A stretch of 64,000 nt of DNA. Origin: Gemmatimonadota bacterium (GTDB lineage Bacteria; Gemmatimonadota; Gemmatimonadetes; Gemmatimonadales; GWC2-71-9). Shown in pieces: positions 58,267-64,000 of the stretch. Location: contig JBGQFX010000014.1 of NCBI GenBank assembly GCA_041497135.1, positions 62-64,061 of the forward strand, written 5' to 3'. The translations under genes were made by a program, and so were the position numbers. Below the pieces are notes generated by a model that was not told where the DNA came from, searched no databases, and saw only the letters and a list, made by a program, of their open reading frames with translations. The number at the start of each line of letters is the position of its first letter. Within the stretch, counting starts at the first letter, position 1.

Positions 58267-59490
58267 CTAGACCACTCCGCGCTGTCGCAGCTCGAGGATC
58301 TGTTCGAGCGACATCCCCAGGCGCTCGCGCAGAATCTCGTCGGTGTGCTGGCCCAGAAGCGGGGGTGGCAGATCGTAGCGCGGCGGTGTCGCTGAGAGCC
58401 GGATCGGATTCGCCACCAGCGGCGCTGCGACGCCTGCGGGATGGGGAACGTCCAGCCGCATGTCCCGGTGTCGCACCTGCGGGTCGGCGAACACCTGCGC
58501 GAGATCGTTGATCGGCGCGCACGGCACCGCGGCGGGCTCGAGCGCCGCGAGCCAGGCCGCGGCCGAACGGGTGCGCAGCACGGTCTCCAGCTCACGCGTC
58601 AGCGCGTCGCAGTTCGTGACCCGGGCATCGTTGGTGGCGAAACGCGGATCGGCGGCGATCCCGGGAGTCCCCGCCACCTCGCAGAACTTCCTGAATTGGG
58701 CATCGTTGCCGACGGCGAGCACGATCAGGCGGTCGGCGGTCTGGAGCACCTGATAGGGCGCGATGTTCGCGTGCGCATTGCCCCAGCGTTGCGGCACGAC
58801 GCCCGACACCAGGTAGTTGAGAGCGACGTTCGCGAGCGTCGCCACCTGCACGTCGAGCAGTGCGAGGTCGATGTGCTGCGCCATGCCCGACACCTCACGG
58901 TGGGCCAGCGCCGCGAGGATCCCGATCGTGGCATACAGGCCCGCCATGACGTCCGTCACGGCAACCCCGACCTTCTGCGGCCCACCGCCGGGACGGTCGT
59001 CGCGCTCACCGGTCACGCTCATCAAGCCGCCCATGGCCTGGATCGCGAAGTCGTATCCGGCGCGTCCGGCATACGGCCCCGATTGACCGAACCCGGTGAT
59101 CGAACAGTAGATGAGTCGGGAGTTCACGATCCGGAGATCGTCCCAGCCCAGCCCGAAGCGGGCCAGATCGCCCAATTTGTGGTTCTCGAGCAGGACGTCC
59201 GACTGCTCGGCCAGGCGGCGCACGATGTCACGTCCTTCGGGGCGCGTGAAATCGACGGTGAGGGACCGTTTGCCGCGGTTGGCGCTCAGATAGTACGCCG
59301 CCTCCCCGGTGGCCCGACCGGCGGCATCCTTCAGGAACGGCGGCCCCCAATGGCGGGTGTCGTCACCCGTGCCGGGCCGCTCGACCTTGACGACATCCGC
59401 GCCCAGATCGGCGAGGATCTGACTGGCCCAGGGACCCGCGAGCACGCGGGACAGATCGAGCACGCGCAGATGCGCGAGCGCCCCGCTCAT
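58267..59490 (-). CDS. family III CoA-transferase (CaiB/BaiF-like)
   Basis: LRVLDLSRVLAGPWASQILADLGADVVKVERP opening, central GYDF.IQAMGG and catalytic Asp region. Confidence 0.85.
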   Translation of the reverse strand: MSGALAHLRVLDLSRVLAGPWASQILADLGADVVKVERPGTGDDTRHWGPPFLKDAAGRATGEAAYYLSANRGKRSLTVDFTRPEGRDIVRRLAEQSDVLLENHKLGDLARFGLGWDDLRIVNSRLIYCSITGFGQSGPYAGRAGYDFAIQAMGGLMSVTGERDDRPGGGPQKVGVAVTDVMAGLYATIGILAALAHREVSGMAQHIDLALLDVQVATLANVALNYLVSGVVPQRWGNAHANIAPYQVLQTADRLIVLAVGNDAQFRKFCEVAGTPGIAADPRFATNDARVTNCDALTRELETVLRTRSAAAWLAALEPAAVPCAPINDLAQVFADPQVRHRDMRLDVPHPAGVAAPLVANPIRLSATPPRYDLPPPLLGQHTDEILRERLGMSLEQILELRQRGVV

Positions 59491-60785
59491 CCGGCCCGGA
59501 CGTCGCGATCGCGGCGGGCAGTGGGTCGCCGTCCGCGGATGCTCACGCGTCCGAGTCCCGCGATCGCCTGGTCCGCCACGGGCGGCGCGATCTCCAGCAG
59601 ACTGAAGCCCTCCCGCAGCTCGATGCGACCGATGTCGGTGCGGGCCAAACCGACCTCACGGGTCAGGGCGCCGACGAAATCCTTCGCGCTGGCGCGGTCT
59701 TTCTTGCTGACGTTGACGAAGACCTTCACCCATTCTTCGGCGGGCTTCGGCTGATCGGCTGCGGCCGCCGGCTCGCGGTTGATCGCCAACAGCGCTGCCG
59801 CGACCTCGGCGGCGTCGTAGCGCTGCAACAAGAGCTCGAGGAACCCCAGCTCCGGCTCGAGGCCACCCGCATCGAGCCGTGCCGCGACCCGCGCGCGGAG
59901 AGCATCGGCGGCGGATACGGCGCGATCGCGGGCGGTGGGCAGCGGCAGCGCCGTGAGCGGAGCGGCGATCGAGCGGGCGTAGGGAAGCTGGGCGGGCGCG
60001 ACCAGCAGGATCGGCTCGCCGCGACCCGCGATCTGGACCAGCTCGGCGCGTGTGGGCAGGTCGAGACAGAGGATCGCGTCGGCCGTCTCGGAAACGGTTT
60101 CCCCGTGCCGCCACTGGGGGACGCGCGGCCGGTTCAGGGCATCGAGCGCTTCACGCGCCACCGCACCGCGCCGGGAGCGGGGGACCACCGCGTAGCGCGC
60201 TGCCGCCACCGGTGGAAGCGGACGGGCGTCTTCGCCGAGCGGCAGGTCGCCGACGACGTGCGGGCGCCTGGCATAACGCTCGAGCAAGTCTTCGAGGGCC
60301 GGCGGATTCCAGGCCAGGACGATGCGGCGTGCTTCGCGCAGCTCGCCCAACAATTGCTCCAAGGCCGCCAACCTGTTGCCGGCGAGCAGCCACTCGGGCC
60401 AGGCCAGGACGAGCGTTGTGACGGCGTCGAGCTTCAGGGCCGAGCGAGTGGCGAGGGCTTGCAGGTCTTCGGGCGTGCCGGCGAGGACATCGACCGCGCC
60501 TTCCTTGAGGAGGCGCGTGCTTCGGTCGAGACCGGTGGCGGCGTGGACTCGCAGGGCGGGGGGAGCGGCATCGGCCCAGGCCTCCGCCGAGTCGCTATCA
60601 CTACATACGATCACGGTCGATCCGCCGGAGAGCAGACCCCAAAGGGCTTCCGCCTGCTCCACCGCCGGTGGCGTCACCAGCAGGACGGCCCGGCCGCGCT
60701 CCAGCGCGGCCGCCGCTTCACTCTCACGCGTCACCTGAGCCTCGATTGTCAAAGGGCAGACTGCAGTGAGGGATGGTAGTTTCAT
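59487..60785 (-). CDS. DEAD-box-helicase-like protein with degenerate ATPase motifs and a C-terminal DbpA RNA-binding domain
   Basis: C-terminus WVKVFVNVSKKDRASAKDFVGALTREVGLARTDIGRIELREGFSLLEI matches the DbpA-type domain. Upstream are relics of helicase motifs (AGTPEDL for GTPGR, LVLAWPEWLL for VLDEADxML, IAGRGE for GRTGR). No Walker A motif. Confidence 0.6.
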   Translation of the reverse strand: MKLPSLTAVCPLTIEAQVTRESEAAAALERGRAVLLVTPPAVEQAEALWGLLSGGSTVIVCSDSDSAEAWADAAPPALRVHAATGLDRSTRLLKEGAVDVLAGTPEDLQALATRSALKLDAVTTLVLAWPEWLLAGNRLAALEQLLGELREARRIVLAWNPPALEDLLERYARRPHVVGDLPLGEDARPLPPVAAARYAVVPRSRRGAVAREALDALNRPRVPQWRHGETVSETADAILCLDLPTRAELVQIAGRGEPILLVAPAQLPYARSIAAPLTALPLPTARDRAVSAADALRARVAARLDAGGLEPELGFLELLLQRYDAAEVAAALLAINREPAAAADQPKPAEEWVKVFVNVSKKDRASAKDFVGALTREVGLARTDIGRIELREGFSLLEIAPPVADQAIAGLGRVSIRGRRPTARRDRDVRAG

Positions 60786-60800
60786 GGTGAGGAAACGGCA

Positions 60801-62021
60801 ATGTCCAAGCCCACTGTCCCTGATCGGAGCCTGTCATCCATGAGCGACGTGCTGTCGCCCAATCTCGCGCACCTCGAGACCTCCGCCACGATCGCCATCT
60901 CGCAGGAGGCCAAGCGCCGCAAGGCATCGGGCGAGGACGTGATCGACCTGGGTGCAGGCGAGCCCGACTTCCCGACTCCTTCCATTCCGTCCGATGCCGG
61001 CGTGCGGGCCATCAAGGAGGGGAAGACCCGCTACCCCGCCAACGAAGGGATCCTCGAGCTGCGGGCGGCTGCCGCCAAGCACCTGGCGCTATTGTCGGGG
61101 GGCCGGCCGGTGAACGCCGATCACATCGTGGTGTCCAACGGGTCGAAGCAGTCGTTGTTCAACGTGTGCTTCTCGCTGTTCGGCCAGGGCGACGTAGTCG
61201 CCATCCCGGCCCCGGCCTGGGTGTCCTATCCCCAGATCGTGCACTTGACCCGCGCGCGGCCGGTGCTGATCACCGGGCACCCCGAATGGGGGTTGAAGGT
61301 GAGCGTGCGCGAGCTGGAGCGCATTCTCCCGGCGCCCAAGGGGCTGATCCTCTGCTCCCCCTGCAATCCGACGGGCTCGGTTTACACGCTGGCCGAGCTC
61401 CGGTCGATCGCTCAGTGGGCGTCCGACCGCAAGGTGTGGGTGATCGCCGACGAGATCTATCGCCGCATTCATTACGGGACGGGGCCGGCGCCGTCGTTCC
61501 TCGATCTGTCGGATGAGATACTGGATCGCGTCGTGATCGTGACCGGCGTCAGCAAGACGTACGCGATGACCGGCTGGCGCGTGGGCCTGGCCCTGGCGCC
61601 GGGCCCGGTGGCCAAGGCCATGGCGGCGCTGCAGTCCCACACGACCTCCGGCGCGAATCACATGGCGCAATACGCTGCCGCGGCGGCGTACGGCGATGAC
61701 CGCGTGGAGCAGGATGTGCAGCGCATGGTAGGCGAGTTCCGCAAGCGGCGGGATCTCATGGTGTCGACCTTCCGGCGGGACTTGCTCGGCGTGGAGTTCG
61801 TCGAGCCGCACGGCGCGTTCTACTTCTTCTTTCGCGTCGATTCGTTCGGCGAGATCTCGGGGACGGACTTCTGCACCCGGCTGATCACCGAAACGGGGGT
61901 CGCGCTGGTGCCGGGGGCGGCGTTCGGCGACGATCGCTGGGTGAGATTGTCCTATGCGGCCGCGACCTCGGACATCGAGAAGGCGCTGGGCCGCATCGTC
62001 GGCTTCGCCAAGCAGCTCTAG
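60801..62021 (+). CDS. pyridoxal-phosphate-dependent aminotransferase, class I (aspartate aminotransferase-like)
   Basis: ATG after GAGGAAA. GEPDFPTP, NPTGSVY, and SKTYAMTGWRVG (PLP lysine). Confidence 0.9.
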   Translation: MSKPTVPDRSLSSMSDVLSPNLAHLETSATIAISQEAKRRKASGEDVIDLGAGEPDFPTPSIPSDAGVRAIKEGKTRYPANEGILELRAAAAKHLALLSGGRPVNADHIVVSNGSKQSLFNVCFSLFGQGDVVAIPAPAWVSYPQIVHLTRARPVLITGHPEWGLKVSVRELERILPAPKGLILCSPCNPTGSVYTLAELRSIAQWASDRKVWVIADEIYRRIHYGTGPAPSFLDLSDEILDRVVIVTGVSKTYAMTGWRVGLALAPGPVAKAMAALQSHTTSGANHMAQYAAAAAYGDDRVEQDVQRMVGEFRKRRDLMVSTFRRDLLGVEFVEPHGAFYFFFRVDSFGEISGTDFCTRLITETGVALVPGAAFGDDRWVRLSYAAATSDIEKALGRIVGFAKQL

Positions 62022-63268
62022 AGCTTCCCCGGCCGCTGGCTCAGCACCTCGATGCCGTTGTCGGTGACGAGATTGTCGTCCTCGATCCGTACGCCGAACT
62101 TCTCGGGTTGGTAGATCCCCGGCTCGATCGTGAACACCATTCCCGGCTCGAGCGGCGTGTCGTTGCCTTCCACCATGTAGGGCGGCTCGTGGCCGTCCAT
62201 GCCCATGCCGTGCCCCAGGCGGTGGGTGAAGTACTGCCCGTAGCCGCCGTCGGTGATCACTTTGCGTGCCGCGCGGTCCATCTCCTGGCAGCGCACCGTG
62301 AACGGTTTGCCCAGGTTCATCGCCGCGGTTTGGGCGTCGTGCACGAGGTTGAACACCTTCTTGAACTCGTCGGAGGGCGCATCACCGTACCAGATGGTGC
62401 GCGTGATGTCGGAGGTATAGCCCGCGACTTCGCAGCCGCAGTCGATCAGGACCACCATCTCCCTGGCGAGCTGTCCACCGCCCGGTCCGCCGTGCGGCAA
62501 GGCGCTCGACGGGCCGAATTGCACCAGGCCGCCGCCCGGAGCCCCGCGCGTGCGCATCTCCTCGGACAATTTGCCGGCCACGTCGCGCTCGGTGACGCCC
62601 GGGACCAGTCCGGCGAACGTCGCCGCAATGGACGCCTCCGTAATGGCGACGGCCCGGCGGATGAGCGCGACCTCTTCCGGATACTTGATCATGCGCAGCC
62701 GCTCGGTGACGGGGGCGCCCGTCTGCCAGCGCCAGGCGCTGCCGCCGGCATCGCTCATGCGCAGGAACGACGCGTAATCGAGCGTGGCTTCGATCGCTCC
62801 CTGACCGGGACGGCCCTGCGGCTTGGCCGCCCGGAGCGCTGTTTTCACGAGCTTCCAGGGATCGTCCTGCTCCTCCCAGCCCCGCACGTCGCGCACGGCG
62901 CTGCGCCGCTTCACGCGCTCGACCTCGAAGGAGGGGCAGATGATGGCGGGATCGCCCTTGGTGGGTACGAGCAGCAGGATCAGGCGCTCGCTGCGCCCAG
63001 GATTGGTTCCCGTGAAGTACTCGAAGTTCGTAGCCGGAGCCGCGGCGAACAGGTCGAGCTTGCGCCTGGCGAGCTCGGTGCGCAGCCGGTCGAGCCGTTG
63101 CGCGAACACTTCCGGGCCCAGGGTGGGCTCCTGGGAGGCGTTGGATGGAGGGAAGGTTGGAAGCTTGGAATGTTCCCCCTTCCAACTTTCCAACATTCCA
63201 ACGTTCTGACCGATCGCCCCACCGAACAATCCTGCCCCCACGACCCCCACAAACTCCCGCCGCTCCAT
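62018..63268 (-). CDS. M24 family Xaa-Pro aminopeptidase/dipeptidase, possibly Tat-exported
   Basis: Creatinase-like N-domain plus pita-bread domain (VLIDCGCEVAGYTSDITRT, HRLGHGMGMDGHE, EPG.Y, IRIEDD). MERREFVGVVGAGLF resembles a twin-arginine signal. Alternative start at ATG 63195. Confidence 0.85.
   Translation of the reverse strand: MERREFVGVVGAGLFGGAIGQNVGMLESWKGEHSKLPTFPPSNASQEPTLGPEVFAQRLDRLRTELARRKLDLFAAAPATNFEYFTGTNPGRSERLILLLVPTKGDPAIICPSFEVERVKRRSAVRDVRGWEEQDDPWKLVKTALRAAKPQGRPGQGAIEATLDYASFLRMSDAGGSAWRWQTGAPVTERLRMIKYPEEVALIRRAVAITEASIAATFAGLVPGVTERDVAGKLSEEMRTRGAPGGGLVQFGPSSALPHGGPGGGQLAREMVVLIDCGCEVAGYTSDITRTIWYGDAPSDEFKKVFNLVHDAQTAAMNLGKPFTVRCQEMDRAARKVITDGGYGQYFTHRLGHGMGMDGHEPPYMVEGNDTPLEPGMVFTIEPGIYQPEKFGVRIEDDNLVTDNGIEVLSQRPGKL
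63150..63205. repeat. imperfect palindrome built from TTGGAA / TTCCAA octamer units
   Basis: GGAAGGTTGGAAGCTTGGAATGTTCC | CCCTTCCAACTTTCCAACATTCCAACGTTC, with three units per arm and about 18 of 22 core positions complementary. Confidence 0.7.
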
Positions 63269-63336
63269 CGCTGGCTCCTCCTCGTGTCCGCGCTATATTA
63301 CCCGCCCCCGGCGATCGCTGGAAGGCGCTATCCCGC

Positions 63337-63852
63337 ATGCACTACGAAGCCAAGATCGAGCCTCTCGACGGCAAGCTCCCCAAGGTGAGCTACCGCTGGG
63401 ATCCCGAGACCGACATCCTCTCCGCCGTCTGCAAGGGCGCCCCGAAGACCACGGGGATGGACGGCACCGTGGATCTTGAGGGCAGTGACGGATCCTTTGT
63501 CCTGCTCGACGTTGCCGGCGGCACCCTGAGGGGCCTCGATGTGGTCACGTGGCCCGACGATATCCGCACGGTGGATGCGCTCGCGGTCCCGGCGACCTCG
63601 AAAGCGGCCCGCGTGCTGTTTCCATCGCGCCGCTCGCAGCCCGCGGTGGCGGCGGTGGAAGTGGAGACGGCGCTGACGGTAGAAAAGAACGCCGCGGAAT
63701 CGGTGTTCCATATCCGGGTCGGCCGGACACGACCGGTGGACGTGGTCCGCATTGCCGACAGCCTGCTGGTGGAATTGGACAAGCAGTCCCGCCTCGCCGG
63801 GCTGTGGCTCCTGGAAGTGCCGCCGTTCCCGAACGTCGAGGGGAACGCCTAG
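63337..63852 (+). CDS. hypothetical protein
   Basis: 171 aa from MHYEAKIEPLDGKL, with protein-like composition. The stop TAG lies within the CTAG of the terminal repeat at 63849. Confidence 0.5.
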   Translation: MHYEAKIEPLDGKLPKVSYRWDPETDILSAVCKGAPKTTGMDGTVDLEGSDGSFVLLDVAGGTLRGLDVVTWPDDIRTVDALAVPATSKAARVLFPSRRSQPAVAAVEVETALTVEKNAAESVFHIRVGRTRPVDVVRIADSLLVELDKQSRLAGLWLLEVPPFPNVEGNA

Positions 63853-63865
63853 TGCCGTTCCAACT
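63849..63865. repeat. terminal-repeat copy CTAGTGCCGTTCCAACT (5' end type) preceding the GIY-YIG gene
   Basis: Together with the following 11 nt, it forms 28 consecutive nt (CTAGTGCCGTTCCAACTATTCACGCCGA) identical to the reverse complement of 49211-49238. Confidence 0.8.
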
Positions 63866-63889
63866 ATTCACGCCGAAGAGAGCCCCGGT

Positions 63890-64000
63890 ATGGATTACAC
63901 CTACGTCCTACTCAGCGAACGAGACGGGCGGTTCTACACGGGTTCGACCGGCGATCTGCGAACGCGGTTCCGAGACCACAACGTTGGCCGCGTCCACTCC
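63890..64000 (+). CDS. GIY-YIG nuclease family protein (UPF0213-like), 5' partial at window end
   Basis: MDYTYVLLSERDGRFYTGSTGDLRTRFRDHNVGRVHS fits the GIY-YIG opening (YvYiL...dgr.YiG.T.dL..R...HN.G). Truncated by the window. Confidence 0.8.
   Translation, partial: MDYTYVLLSERDGRFYTGSTGDLRTRFRDHNVGRVHS

Overview
Very GC-rich bacterial chromosomal segment (third codon positions are almost uniformly G/C). It holds about 60 densely packed genes, many translationally coupled (GTGA/ATGA/TGATG overlaps) and many with GTG starts. I recognised no rRNA, tRNA, CRISPR array, classical IS transposase or prophage gene.

Content is mostly housekeeping and core metabolism:
- metG, accA, dnaE, coaE, tdk, HU, and gcvH/gcvP.
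- A collinear minus-strand cluster: lipA, pdhA, pdhB, E2, lpd, a membrane protein, lipB and a sulfite-oxidase-like gene.
- Unusually rich peptide-scavenging machinery: M23 peptidase, a gluzincin lipoprotein, DUF2265 aminopeptidase, M20, M24, DUF1028, a C26 hydrolase, a TonB-dependent receptor, a POT transporter and a five-gene Opp/Dpp-type ABC importer.
- Regulators: one Ser/Thr kinase and one GAF-PAS hybrid histidine kinase.

The most unusual signal is a repeat family rather than a protein cluster. The terminal repeat (CT)AGTGCCGTTCCAACT occurs four times:
- twice as the two perfect ends of an 83-bp MITE-like element that exactly fills the spacer between the binding-protein and permease genes;
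- once at the left window edge;
- once at the right window edge, directly in front of a GIY-YIG nuclease gene.
This suggests a small family of mobile elements bounded by terminal inverted repeats (TIRs) and carrying a GIY-YIG gene, with CTAG/TA-type flanks.

Other unexplained structures:
- a ~94-bp palindrome built from CGTAAGGRG units at the M20 gene stop;
- an octamer-built TTGGAA/TTCCAA palindrome in the 5' end of the M24 peptidase gene;
- a GCTATCA heptamer tandem repeat that gives stops in all three frames.

The taxon cannot be established from the sequence alone. The gene content would fit a Gemmatimonadota-like high-GC bacterium, but that is a guess. Gene starts are approximate wherever noted. 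All family calls come from motif recognition by eye, not from database searches.
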